A DNA stretch of 39,250 nucleotides. Source: Betaproteobacteria bacterium (lineage in GTDB: Bacteria; Pseudomonadota; Gammaproteobacteria; Burkholderiales; SHXO01). This document shows positions 1 to 9,111 of this stretch, in pieces (position 1 is the first letter of the stretch; each line of letters opens with the position of its first letter). Both the position numbers and the translations under genes were made by a program. Under the pieces are notes generated by a model. The model saw only the letters and a program-made list of their open reading frames with translations. It did not search any database and was not told where the DNA came from. Location: assembly GCA_031379405.1 (NCBI GenBank), contig JANNFC010000563.1:1-39250 (forward strand), given 5' to 3'.

Positions 1-385
1 TGGATTTGAGATCCACCACGCGCCCGTCGGACAAGAAGGCGGTATCGCCGATAATCCAGGAACCTGCACTAAGCGTGGGTTCGGCGGTGTAAGTTACGAA
101 GAACCACTCCGAGTTGCTGGCCAGCTCCAACAGCATCAGCGAACACACAAACACCATCCACGACAGGGCAAACCCGATCAGGAGTTCGAAGCCCGTAACG
201 GGCGTACGCCGCCGTCTTCGCCGCTTTCGCCGACGACGTGTAGTGTGCGAGGTAGAACCGTGGCGTTGAACGGACGTTGGGTCACCGCCCTCATCGATCG
301 GAAAGACGTTCCCCCGCTTGCTACGTCGCGATCTTCGCGCGCCGCGAATTACGTCTTCGCGCTCGTAGGGGTCGGCTTCATCCAT
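1..385 (-). CDS. Hypothetical membrane protein (3' end beyond window edge), Arg-rich N-terminus followed by one predicted TM helix
   Basis: Hand translation, open from ATG at 385 (alternative GTG 412) to the edge: MDEADPYEREDVIRGARRSRRSKRGNVFPIDEGGDPTSVQRHGSTSHTTRRRRKRRRRRRTPVTGFELLIGFALSWMVFVCSLMLLELASNSEWFF...; absent from the ORF track because it has no stop in the window. Confidence 0.6.
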   Translation of the reverse strand, partial: MDEADPYEREDVIRGARRSRRSKRGNVFPIDEGGDPTSVQRHGSTSHTTRRRRKRRRRRRTPVTGFELLIGFALSWMVFVCSLMLLELASNSEWFFVTYTAEPTLSAGSWIIGDTAFLSDGRVVDLKS

Positions 386-461
386 TCCGGGAGAGATTCG
401 ATTTTCGGACACTGGGCTGCAACAGTGCGGATGCCCTCATGAGTCATGCGCACTCGTTCGT

Positions 462-537
462 TGGTGCCGGCAAGAGGAGTCGAACCCCCGACCTTCGCAT
501 TACGAATGCGCTGCTCTACCAACTGAGCTATGCCGGC
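462..537 (-). tRNA. tRNA-Thr (anticodon CGT), thrW-like, with encoded CCA
   Basis: Reverse complement GCCGGCATAGCTCAGTTGGTAGAGCAGCGCATTCGTAATGCGAAGGTCGGGGGTTCGACTCCTCTTGCCGGCACCA: 76 nt cloverleaf, TTCGA T-loop, anticodon loop TTCGTAA. Confidence 0.97.
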
Positions 538-554
538 CACGGGCGCGGATTATA
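538..554 (-). promoter_or_regulatory. sigma70 -10 box with GC-rich discriminator for the tRNA gene
   Basis: Minus strand TATAAT (549-554) followed by CCGCGCCC just upstream of the tRNA; no convincing -35. Confidence 0.55.
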
Positions 555-693
555 TAGGAGTTGTCCACGGCAATTCAGAGTACTCCCAAGGAAATGCGGA
601 CTAGCGGTGCTCGAATTTCGCCTTGCGCTTTCCCACATGAGGCCAACCTTACCGCGTATTTCCACCAGAATGTTTTGATAGCTCATGATCTCT

Positions 694-723
694 TTCAAGG
701 CGAGGGGAGGACATATCTATAAT
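694..723 (+). promoter_or_regulatory. Putative sigma70 promoter of paaG
   Basis: TTCAAG-N18-TATAAT about 40 nt upstream of the likely start codon. Confidence 0.45.
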
Positions 724-760
724 CGCAACTCCAATGACAGGCACGCCCGCGGAGGCCACG

Positions 761-1549
761 ATGACTTACCAAACCATTCTATTCGACATCGTCGAGGGCA
801 TCGCCCGACTGACCCTGAATCGCCCGGACAAACTGAACTCGTTCACCGGAAAAATGCATGAAGAAATACGCTCGGCGATGACCACCCTCGAAGCCGATGC
901 TAGCGTGCGCGTGTTACGCATCACCGGCGCCGGACGGGGATTCTGCGCGGGGCAAGACCTAACGGAGCGCGCCATGACCGGCGGCCAATCCTTCGATCTA
1001 GCTTCCACGTTGGAGACTCACTACAACCCATTGCTGCGCCGATTGCGCAAACTCCCTTACCCCATAGTGTGCGCGGTGAACGGCGTGGCAGCCGGGGCGG
1101 GATGCAACTTCGCATTGGCGAGCGACCTCATCATCGCGGCCAAGTCCGCCAGTTTCATCGAGGTATTCAGCCGCATCGGCCTGATCCCCGATGCCGGAGG
1201 TACTTACGTGTTGCCGCGGTTGGTGGGGACGGCCCGCGCCATGGCGCTATCCATGTTGGCGGAGCCGGTGAGTGCCGAACAGGCCGAAGCCTGGGGGTTG
1301 ATCTGGAAGTGCGTACCTGACGACAAACTACAGGAGGTAACCGATGCTTTGGTCCAGAAGCTGAGCATCGCTCCCACCAAGGCGCTGGGATTGATCAAGA
1401 AGGCGATCTATAACTCGCTTGGCAACAGCTACGACACCCAATTGACCCTTGAAGCCAATTTGCAACGCGAGGCGGGAAATAGCGAAGATTTCAAAGAGGG
1501 CGTCACGGCGTTCCTCGAAAAGCGCCCGGCCAGGTTTGTAGGGCGCTAG
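761..1549 (+). CDS. paaG: Enoyl-CoA hydratase/isomerase family, PaaG-like (1,2-epoxyphenylacetyl-CoA isomerase)
   Basis: Crotonase motifs LNRPDKLNSF, GRGFCAGQDL, AVNGVAAGAG, IGLIPDAGGT, FLEKRPARFVGR; GGAGG RBS before ATG 761 (track start 734). Confidence 0.85.
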   Translation: MTYQTILFDIVEGIARLTLNRPDKLNSFTGKMHEEIRSAMTTLEADASVRVLRITGAGRGFCAGQDLTERAMTGGQSFDLASTLETHYNPLLRRLRKLPYPIVCAVNGVAAGAGCNFALASDLIIAAKSASFIEVFSRIGLIPDAGGTYVLPRLVGTARAMALSMLAEPVSAEQAEAWGLIWKCVPDDKLQEVTDALVQKLSIAPTKALGLIKKAIYNSLGNSYDTQLTLEANLQREAGNSEDFKEGVTAFLEKRPARFVGR

Positions 1550-1709
1550 GCGCCTGTCGGACTTAGGTGTTCGATAGCGAAACGCTGGGAGAGCGAGGAT
1601 AGATTTCGATGATTTCGACGCGCATATCGGGAATATGTAAGGAGAAAGCGGCTAAATATGGACCGCTCTCCCACTGTTGCAGCCGAATCATCCTAAGTCC
1701 GACAGGCTC
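1550..1709. mobile_element. MITE / non-autonomous IS derivative, 160 bp
   Basis: Terminal inverted repeats GCGCCTGTCGGACTTAGG (1550-1567) and CCTAAGTCCGACAGGCTC (1692-1709), 17/18 match; flanked by CTAG and CTAA; internal inverted repeat TGGGAGAGCG / CGCTCTCCCA; no ORF. Confidence 0.85.
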
Positions 1710-1788
1710 CTAAATCCGGCCAACTCAAATCTCGACTTCTCCGGGGGCTTGGAAAAGGCGGCAGTGGCAAGCGATGCCACGAATCCGC

Positions 1789-2211
1789 TTAGGAATCGAT
1801 TCTTCGCACGCGAATGATGACGTCCATGCCTTCCGTCATCATGTTTTCCGGTAGAGCGGGCAATCCGGTGATGGTGACCGAGGAGGAGTCGATATCGGTC
1901 AATCGACCGCTCTCCACGTCATACAGGTGAAAGTGCGGTTTGACGTTAGGGTCGTAGAAAACCCGGCTAGGGTCCACGATAACTTCCCGTGCCAGTTTCT
2001 TGTCCACGAACAGTTTGAGCGTGTTGTAGACCGTTGCCCGAGAGGTTTCGGGGTGGCCTTCATTCACCAACATTAGCACCTGATCGGCGGACAGGTGCTG
2101 TTGCCGGCCGAAGAGCACTGTGGCGATCTCAATGCGCTGGTGCGTGGGGCTAACGCCGCGTTGGCGCAGGAGTTCCACCAAGGATTCGCGGGTGTGGGCT
2201 ATAGCGTGCAT
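1789..2211 (-). CDS. Fur-family transcriptional regulator, Irr-like
   Basis: THQRIEI, HLSADQV, SRATVYNTLKLF helix-turn-helix, YDPNVKPHFHLYD, C-terminal LPALPE..MDVIIRVRR; no CxxC zinc site; start trimmed from 2358 to ATG 2211. Confidence 0.88.
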   Translation of the reverse strand: MHAIAHTRESLVELLRQRGVSPTHQRIEIATVLFGRQQHLSADQVLMLVNEGHPETSRATVYNTLKLFVDKKLAREVIVDPSRVFYDPNVKPHFHLYDVESGRLTDIDSSSVTITGLPALPENMMTEGMDVIIRVRRIDS

Positions 2212-2374
2212 GCTGACGATTATATAGAAGGCCCTTCGCAATGTCGGGTTTGCGCCGCAACAATTGCGCCAATCGAATACTATCGCGCCATGGCTACAAG
2301 ATCGTTCCCGGGATTTCGCTATGGCTCTATCCAGGCTACGTGACGGCGGCTGCCACATGGTGAATCCCTGAATC

Positions 2375-3817
2375 GTGCCCCTTGACTATCTTACCCTCGA
2401 CGGACTGCGCCGCAACCACCCCGCCTGGCGCTTGCTGATGGCGGATTCCGCCGCGCTGGTGGCGAGCTTTTTACAGCGGGTGTTTGTCACGCCCAACGTG
2501 CGGGTGATGGCACAAGCGGATCTGATGGAGAAGCTCGAGGACGAACTGTTCGGTCTGCGGCGTAGCCTTGGCGAAGCGGCATTTCCCCGCAGTGCCGAGC
2601 ACTATCTCAACGATTGGGCGGCGGATGATAAGGGCTGGTTGCGTAAGTACTACCCGCCGGGTTCGGATGAACCGCATTTCGACCTCACCCCTTCCACCGA
2701 GAAAGCGCTCACTTGGCTGGCGAGCCTCACACAGCGCGCCTTCGTCGGCACGGAGTCGCGCCTGATGACGGTGTTCGCGCTACTACGCCAGATGGTGGAA
2801 GGCTCGGAAACCGATCCGCAAACACGCATCGCGGATCTGCACAAGCGCCGCGCCGAGATCGACGACGAAATCCGCAGCATCCAAGCCGGCAATCTGCCGA
2901 TGTTGGACGATACGGGCTTGAAAGATCGCTTCCAGCAACTGGTCGCCACGGCGCGCGACTTATTGAGCGATTTTCGTGAAGTGGAGCACAACTTTCGCGT
3001 GTTGGACCGCCGGGTGCGCGAGCGCATCGCTTTATGGGAGGGCGCTAAGGGGGCGTTGCTTGACGACATTCTGGGAGCGCGCGATGCCATCGCCGATTCG
3101 GACCAAGGCAAAAGTTTTCGCGCCTTCTGGGATTTTCTAATGTCACAAGCCCGGCAAGAGGAACTCTCGGTGCTGCTCGATCGCGTGCTGGCGTTAGCCC
3201 CGGTGGCGGCGTTGCATCCCGATCCGCGTGTCCGGCGCGTGCACTATGACTGGCTCACCGCCGGCGAACACACTCAGCGAACCGTACGATTGCTGTCGCA
3301 GCAGTTACGCCGATTCCTGGACGATCAAGCCTGGCTGGAGAACCGTCGCATCATAGAAATCCTGCGCGGCATCGAAGCCAATGCGTTGAGCGTGCGTGCT
3401 GCGCCCCCGCGCGGAGAATTTATGAGCCTGGATGCGATGTCCGTCAGCGTCGAACTTCCCATGCAACGCCCGTTGTTCACGCCAGCGTTGAAGAGCGCCA
3501 TCGCCACGCAAACCCTCGAAGCAGGCGAGGAGGCGTTCAGCGCGGATATCTTGTTCGGTCAAGTCGTGATCGACAAGGCACAACTGGCTCGCAACATCCG
3601 CCATGCACTGCAAAGCCAGTCGCAAGTGAGCTTGGCGCGGGTCATCGATGCACATCCGCTGTGCCACGGCCTGGCGGAATTGGTAGCCTATCTTTCCCTT
3701 GCCGGCGAGGACCGGAAAACTGTCTTCGACGAAACTTCGCAGGAGCACATTCCATGGCAGGATGCGCAAGGGCACTGGAAAGCAGCACAACTGCCGCGCG
3801 TGATTTTTTCTCGCTAG
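2375..3817 (+). CDS. jetA: Wadjet type I JetA (DUF3375, kleisin-like)
   Basis: HPAWRLL, WLRKYY, FVGTESRL, SDQGKSFRAFWDFL, HGLAELVAYL, LPRVIF motifs; first gene of a 4-gene operon with jetBCD. Confidence 0.92.
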   Translation: MPLDYLTLDGLRRNHPAWRLLMADSAALVASFLQRVFVTPNVRVMAQADLMEKLEDELFGLRRSLGEAAFPRSAEHYLNDWAADDKGWLRKYYPPGSDEPHFDLTPSTEKALTWLASLTQRAFVGTESRLMTVFALLRQMVEGSETDPQTRIADLHKRRAEIDDEIRSIQAGNLPMLDDTGLKDRFQQLVATARDLLSDFREVEHNFRVLDRRVRERIALWEGAKGALLDDILGARDAIADSDQGKSFRAFWDFLMSQARQEELSVLLDRVLALAPVAALHPDPRVRRVHYDWLTAGEHTQRTVRLLSQQLRRFLDDQAWLENRRIIEILRGIEANALSVRAAPPRGEFMSLDAMSVSVELPMQRPLFTPALKSAIATQTLEAGEEAFSADILFGQVVIDKAQLARNIRHALQSQSQVSLARVIDAHPLCHGLAELVAYLSLAGEDRKTVFDETSQEHIPWQDAQGHWKAAQLPRVIFSR

Positions 3818-3820
3818 CCC

Positions 3821-4438
3821 ATGAATCCATCTGACATCTCCCCGCTCGCAAAATCTCCTTCCTTGTCCGCAGTCAGCATCGGACTGATGAAGGGCGTGTT
3901 GTATCGCGAAGGCGAAGGCGAACTGTGGCAATCCCTAATGCAGTTGCAAACGCCGGTGCGAGACTTCATCTCTGTGCTGGGGCTGGAGCTAGTGCTCGAT
4001 GAAGCAGAAGGATATGCCTTCCTGCGAGCGCGCAACGCAGAAGAAGGGGAAGCAGAAATACCGCGCCTGGTCGCCCGCCGGCCGCTGTCTTTCCATGTGA
4101 GCCTGCTGCTCGCGCTATTGCGCAAAAAACTGGCGGAGTTCGATGCGGGCGGCGGCGACACCCGCCTCATCTTGTCGCGCGATGCCATCCTAGAGCTCGT
4201 GCGCGTATTCTTGCCGGAGGGCAGCAACGAAGTCCGTTTGATCGACCAAGTGGATACCCACCTCCAACGCATCGCCGAGCTGGGCTTCATCCGCAAACTC
4301 AAAGGACAGGAACAGATGTTCGAAGTGCGGCGCATCCTCAAGGCTTTTGTCGACGCACAGTGGCTGGCGGAGTTCGAGGCGCGGCTTGCGCAGTATCGTG
4401 AACATCTCGCCAACGCGCCCTCGGGAGATCCTTCGTAG
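3821..4438 (+). CDS. jetB: Wadjet type I JetB (DUF4194, KITE subunit)
   Basis: [51 protein letters not shown]; about 200 aa between jetA and the SMC ATPase. Confidence 0.92.
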   Translation: MNPSDISPLAKSPSLSAVSIGLMKGVLYREGEGELWQSLMQLQTPVRDFISVLGLELVLDEAEGYAFLRARNAEEGEAEIPRLVARRPLSFHVSLLLALLRKKLAEFDAGGGDTRLILSRDAILELVRVFLPEGSNEVRLIDQVDTHLQRIAELGFIRKLKGQEQMFEVRRILKAFVDAQWLAEFEARLAQYREHLANAPSGDPS

Positions 4439-7400
4439 TGGGCACGGTTCACGAAAGCGTAGGCTTCGATTTCGTGGGCGATGAGTCGCTCGCGGGATTC
4501 CGCCTGGAACGTCTCGAAGTTTTCAACTGGGGTACCTTCGACCAACGTGTGTGGACCTTGCAACTGGGTGGACGCAACGCACTCCTCACTGGCGATATCG
4601 GTTCCGGCAAATCCACCCTCGTGGACGCGGTCACTACCTTACTCGTGCCCGCCCATCGGGTGGCTTACAACAAAGCGGCCGGGGCGGATAGCAAAGAACG
4701 CACACTGCGCTCTTACGTTCTGGGGCATTACAAGTCCGAGCGCAACGAAGTGAACAGTTCCGCCAAACCTGTGGCGCTGCGCGATAACAACACGTACTGC
4801 GTCTTGCTGGGTGTGTTCCGAAATACGGGCTACGATCAGACGGTGACCTTGGCTCAGGTGTTCTGGCTGAAGGAAGCGCAAGGTCAGCCGGCGCGCTTTT
4901 TCGCGGTGGCGGAACGTGCGCTCAGCATCGCCGCCGATTTCGCCGGTTTCGGAACCGATATCGCCAATCTGCGCAAACGCCTGCGCGCCAACAACGTGGA
5001 AGTGTTCGATACCTTTCCGCCCTATGGTGCGCACTTTCGCCGCCGTTTCGGCATCGATAACGAGCAGGCTTTGGATCTATTCCATCAAACTGTTTCCATG
5101 AAATCAGTAGGCAATCTCACCGATTTCGTACGGGGTCACATGCTGGAACCCTTCGAGATGGAGGCGCGCATCGAATCGCTGATCGCGCATTTCGATGACC
5201 TGAACCGCGCCCACGAAGCCGTGCTAAAGGCTAAGGCACAGGTGGAGCGGTTGACCCCGCTGGTGAGCGATTGCGACCGGCACACTGAGTTGTGCGCGGA
5301 AGCCGACGTCTTGCGTGCCTGCCGCAATGCATTGAAGACTTACTTCGCTGGAATGAAACTGGATCTATTGCAGCGTCGCTTACAGCATCTCTCGGAAGAG
5401 CACGCGCGCATGCATGCGCAGGTGGAAAAGCTCGACGAAAACAAGCGCAATGCGCAAGCGCAGGACCGCGAGTTGCGTCGTGCCATAGCAGAGAACGGCG
5501 GCAACCGTATCGAGCAGATTGGGCAAGAGATACAAACCAAGGCGGACGAGAAGGCACGCCGCCTGAGAAAATCCGAGCGCTATGTCGAACTGGCATGTAC
5601 GCTTGAACTTCCCGGTGCGCAAGACACCGATGGCTTCCTGGCCAACCACCACAGCTGCATCAGAATGGGGGAGAGTGTGGCACAGCAGGAAGCGCAAGCA
5701 CAAAACGAGTTGAACGAGCGCGGTGTCGAGTTCGCACAATTAAGAGGCGAGTACGCCGCACTGCAAGAAGAATTGCAGGGCTTGCGCGCACGTCGCAGCA
5801 ACATCGACCAGGCGCAAATCACCATTCGACAATCGCTATGCAAGACGCTGAGTCTGTCCGAAGAGGACATGCCCTTCGCCGGCGAACTGCTCCAAGTGCG
5901 CGAGGACGAGAAGGATTGGGAGGGCGCTACGGAGCGTGTGCTGCGCAACTTCGGTCTGTCTTTGTTGGTCCCCGACCGTCACTATGCTCGCGTCGCCGAG
6001 TGGGTGGATCATACGCATCTACGCGGTCGCTTGGTGTATTTCCGCGTGCGCAGTGGCACCACCCAAGAACTGCCTACGCTGCATCCGTATTCCCTGGTGA
6101 GAAAGCTCGCGATCAAACCGGATACGCCGTTCTACCAATGGTTGGAGCAAGAGCTCGCACGTCGCTTCGACGTCGCATGCTGTGCCAGCATGGAACAATT
6201 CTGGCGTGAGCCACGCGCCATCACGCGCTTGGGACAGATAAAGGGCGCCGAGCGGCACGAGAAAGACGACCGCCACCGCTTGGAGGATCGCAGCCGCTAC
6301 GTGCTGGGTTGGACGAACGAGGCCAAGATCGCGGCATTGGATCAAAGCGCGAAGGTACTCGAGGGCCGCATGGCGACGCAGGGGCGACAGATCGCCACGT
6401 TGCAATCGATACAGAAGCAATTGAAGGCGCGCGCCGAAACCTTGAGCCAGATCGGTGAGTATCGCGACTTCCGCGACATCGACTGGCAACCCTTGGCCGT
6501 CGAGATCGAGCGGCTCGTGCACGAGAAGCAAGCGCTTGAAGCTGCCTCCGATCTGCTCAAGTCGCTCAACGCCAGTCTTGAGGCACTCATTGCGTCGATT
6601 AAGGATATCGAGTCAACGCTAGGTGAACGTATTGCGGAGCGCGCACGCACGGAGCAAAAACAAGCGGACGCCAAAGCGCTGCTCGCAGATACCCAGAGCT
6701 TACTCGACGCCGAGGACTCCGCCACGCATGCTCGGTATTTCGTGCCCATCGAGGCGATGCGCAAGGAGGCGCTCGGCGAACATACGCTGAGCGTGGAATC
6801 TTGCGACAACCGAGAACGCGATGTGAGGGATTGGTTGACGGGCCGCATCGATGGCGAGGACAAGAAAGTGGCGCGTCTGCGCGACAAGATCATCGATGCC
6901 ATGCGAGGCTTTTGCGAAACCTATCCGTTGGATACCAACGAAGTCGATGTCAGTATCGAAGCCGCCGACGAATTTCGTGAAATACTGCGGCGTCTCAACG
7001 GTGACGATCTGCCGCGCTTCGAGGCGCAGTTCAAGGCACTGCTCAATGAAAATACCATTCGCGAGATCGCCAACTTCCAATCGCTGCTCTCGCGCGAGCG
7101 AGAGACCATTCGAGACCGGATCGCGCGCATCAATCGCTCGCTCACGCAGATCGACTACAACCCCGCTCGCTATATTCTGCTGGAAACGCAGACCACCACT
7201 GACAGCGAGATCCGCGACTTCCACAGCGAGCTGCGCGCCTGCACGGAAGGCGCACTCACCGGGTCCGAGGATGAGCAATATTCCGAAGCGAAATTTCTGC
7301 AGGTGCGACGCATCGTCGAGAGATTTCGCGGACGCGAAGGGCGCTCGGAGATGGATCTGCGCTGGACCCGGAAGGTTACCGACGTACGCAACTGGTTCGT

Positions 7401-7824
7401 TTTCTCCGCGTCCGAACGCTGGCGCGAAGATGGCACCGAGTACGAGCACTACACCGACTCCGGCGGCAAATCCGGAGGACAGAAGGAAAAGCTGGCCTAT
7501 ACCATCCTTGCCGCCAGTCTGGCCTATCAATTCGGCTTGGAATGGGGCGAACAACGTTCACGCACCTTCCGCTTCGTGGTGATCGATGAAGCCTTTGGGC
7601 GAGGGTCGGACGAATCCACACGCTTCGGATTGGAGTTATTCAAACGACTCAATCTGCAATTGCTCATCGTCACACCGCTGCAGAAAATTCACGTCATCGA
7701 ACCCTACGTGGCAAACGTAGGCTTCGTCCACAACGAAGACGGACGCGCCTCGCGCCTGCGCAATCTCACCATCGATGAGTATCACGCCGAAAAACGAGCG
7801 CGACAGGAGGCGAAAAGCGCGTGA
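4438..7824 (+). CDS. jetC: Wadjet JetC, SMC/MukB-like ATPase
   Basis: EVFNWGTF, Walker [10 protein letters not shown], long coiled coils, signature KSGGQK, Walker B FVVIDEAF; start overlaps the jetB stop. Confidence 0.95.
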   Translation: MGTVHESVGFDFVGDESLAGFRLERLEVFNWGTFDQRVWTLQLGGRNALLTGDIGSGKSTLVDAVTTLLVPAHRVAYNKAAGADSKERTLRSYVLGHYKSERNEVNSSAKPVALRDNNTYCVLLGVFRNTGYDQTVTLAQVFWLKEAQGQPARFFAVAERALSIAADFAGFGTDIANLRKRLRANNVEVFDTFPPYGAHFRRRFGIDNEQALDLFHQTVSMKSVGNLTDFVRGHMLEPFEMEARIESLIAHFDDLNRAHEAVLKAKAQVERLTPLVSDCDRHTELCAEADVLRACRNALKTYFAGMKLDLLQRRLQHLSEEHARMHAQVEKLDENKRNAQAQDRELRRAIAENGGNRIEQIGQEIQTKADEKARRLRKSERYVELACTLELPGAQDTDGFLANHHSCIRMGESVAQQEAQAQNELNERGVEFAQLRGEYAALQEELQGLRARRSNIDQAQITIRQSLCKTLSLSEEDMPFAGELLQVREDEKDWEGATERVLRNFGLSLLVPDRHYARVAEWVDHTHLRGRLVYFRVRSGTTQELPTLHPYSLVRKLAIKPDTPFYQWLEQELARRFDVACCASMEQFWREPRAITRLGQIKGAERHEKDDRHRLEDRSRYVLGWTNEAKIAALDQSAKVLEGRMATQGRQIATLQSIQKQLKARAETLSQIGEYRDFRDIDWQPLAVEIERLVHEKQALEAASDLLKSLNASLEALIASIKDIESTLGERIAERARTEQKQADAKALLADTQSLLDAEDSATHARYFVPIEAMRKEALGEHTLSVESCDNRERDVRDWLTGRIDGEDKKVARLRDKIIDAMRGFCETYPLDTNEVDVSIEAADEFREILRRLNGDDLPRFEAQFKALLNENTIREIANFQSLLSRERETIRDRIARINRSLTQIDYNPARYILLETQTTTDSEIRDFHSELRACTEGALTGSEDEQYSEAKFLQVRRIVERFRGREGRSEMDLRWTRKVTDVRNWFVFSASERWREDGTEYEHYTDSGGKSGGQKEKLAYTILAASLAYQFGLEWGEQRSRTFRFVVIDEAFGRGSDESTRFGLELFKRLNLQLLIVTPLQKIHVIEPYVANVGFVHNEDGRASRLRNLTIDEYHAEKRARQEAKSA

Positions 7825-9041
7825 GTGGATGGACCACGCCGGAGGACATTCGCGCACGCGTGCTGCGGGAGTGGGAGAAGGGAAGGCTGCTTGCAAGCCT
7901 GGTCACGGGGGAGGATGTGTTTCCGTTACGCATTGCCCTTAAGGGACCCAGTTCCTCTGAACTTAGCCAACGCTTCGCAGACGTCAAAGCTTGGATCGCT
8001 CGGCTACAAGACGCCGCCCGTCGCGGAGTACGTCTTGAGATGCGCTTCGTCGAGCATCGGGTGATCGGCACCAATGCAGTTCCCGCCGAAATCTGGATCG
8101 ACTCTCTGGATGAGGCCCTCGCCTTGATCGGAAAAGGCCGCGACGCCGGACGTTTTCAAGCGCTAGTGCGAGACGCACAGGCCCGCTGTGCAACCGTTGT
8201 CCCATGGATGGCGAAGCGCCCATTGCGCGCACTGGAACTTGCGGCGCAGTGGTCACGCCTGCTCGACATCGTATTGTGGTTACGCGAGCACCCTCGACCA
8301 AGCATCTACCTTCGCCAAGTCGACCTGCCAGGCATTCACAGCAAGTTCATCGAGCAGCACCGATCGGTCTTGAGCGAACTCTGCGATTATGCGCTGCAGT
8401 GCGACGTGATCGACACCGAAGCCACAGGTTTTAGTCAGTTCGAGCGGCGACTGGGCTTTCGCGCAAAACCCATCCCCGTACGCTTCAGGCTTCTTGACAC
8501 CTCACCCTCGCTTGCGCCGGGCCTGACCGATCTCACGCTAGCGGGCGAAGAGTTCGCACGCTTCGATCCGGGCATGCCGAACGTATTCATCACGGAGAAC
8601 GAGATCAATTTTCTCGCCTTTCCTGCAATGGCTAATAGCCTGGTCATTTTCGGCGCCGGTTATGGGTTCGACACCTTGGCGCAAGCAGCGTGGCTACGGG
8701 GCAAGTCCATCTACTACTGGGGTGACATCGATACCCACGGCTTTGCCATACTCGACCAACTGCGTGCATATTTTCCCAACGCGCAGTCGTTACTCATGGA
8801 TCACGACACTTTGCATGCCCATTGCGATCATTGGGTGAGAGAAGACAAACCCGCCGACCGCGACCTGCCACGCCTAACGCCTCCCGAACGAGAGATCTAC
8901 GACCATCTTCGGCGCAATACATGGGGGGAATCGATCCGCTTGGAGCAGGAAAAGATAGGGTTCACCCTAGTGGCAAGAGCACTGAGCGCACTCAATTTCA
9001 ACCGGCAATGTCCAGTCCAACCACCCACGCAGATCTTGTAG
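7821..9041 (+). CDS. jetD: Wadjet JetD, Toprim-domain nuclease (DUF3322+DUF2220)
   Basis: [16 protein letters not shown], Toprim [18 protein letters not shown] (DxD), IRLEQEKI; GTGA overlap with jetC. Confidence 0.93.
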   Translation: MSGWTTPEDIRARVLREWEKGRLLASLVTGEDVFPLRIALKGPSSSELSQRFADVKAWIARLQDAARRGVRLEMRFVEHRVIGTNAVPAEIWIDSLDEALALIGKGRDAGRFQALVRDAQARCATVVPWMAKRPLRALELAAQWSRLLDIVLWLREHPRPSIYLRQVDLPGIHSKFIEQHRSVLSELCDYALQCDVIDTEATGFSQFERRLGFRAKPIPVRFRLLDTSPSLAPGLTDLTLAGEEFARFDPGMPNVFITENEINFLAFPAMANSLVIFGAGYGFDTLAQAAWLRGKSIYYWGDIDTHGFAILDQLRAYFPNAQSLLMDHDTLHAHCDHWVREDKPADRDLPRLTPPEREIYDHLRRNTWGESIRLEQEKIGFTLVARALSALNFNRQCPVQPPTQIL

Positions 9042-9083
9042 GGTGGGTTCCACCCACCGAGCGATGCCGGCCACCCACCGTAG
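9038..9083 (+). repeat. GTAG-type REP palindrome (degenerate doublet)
   Basis: GTAG + GGTGGGT-TCC-ACCCACC hairpin (9038-9058); partial second copy CCACCCACC-GTAG at 9071-9083; GTAG contains the jetD TAG. Confidence 0.65.
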
Positions 9084-9111
9084 GCTTCGCTTAGCCTCCG
9101 GACTCCCCTCC

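Noticed and set aside
245-678. ORFs 245-442, 277-678 and 349-540 around the tRNA
   Set aside because: They overlap the tRNA gene or the better minus-strand ORF; AGIAQLVEQRIRNAKV is a translated tRNA
3305-7582. Long antisense or alternate-frame ORFs over jetABC (3305-3931, 3814-4563, 6700-7554, 6851-7582)
   Set aside because: Shadow ORFs typical of high-GC coding DNA; no recognisable motifs or RBS
462-9041. Wadjet as part of an island integrated at tRNA-Thr
   Set aside because: Wadjet is on the 5' side of the tRNA, separated by paaG and fur; no duplicated tRNA 3' end or integrase was seen
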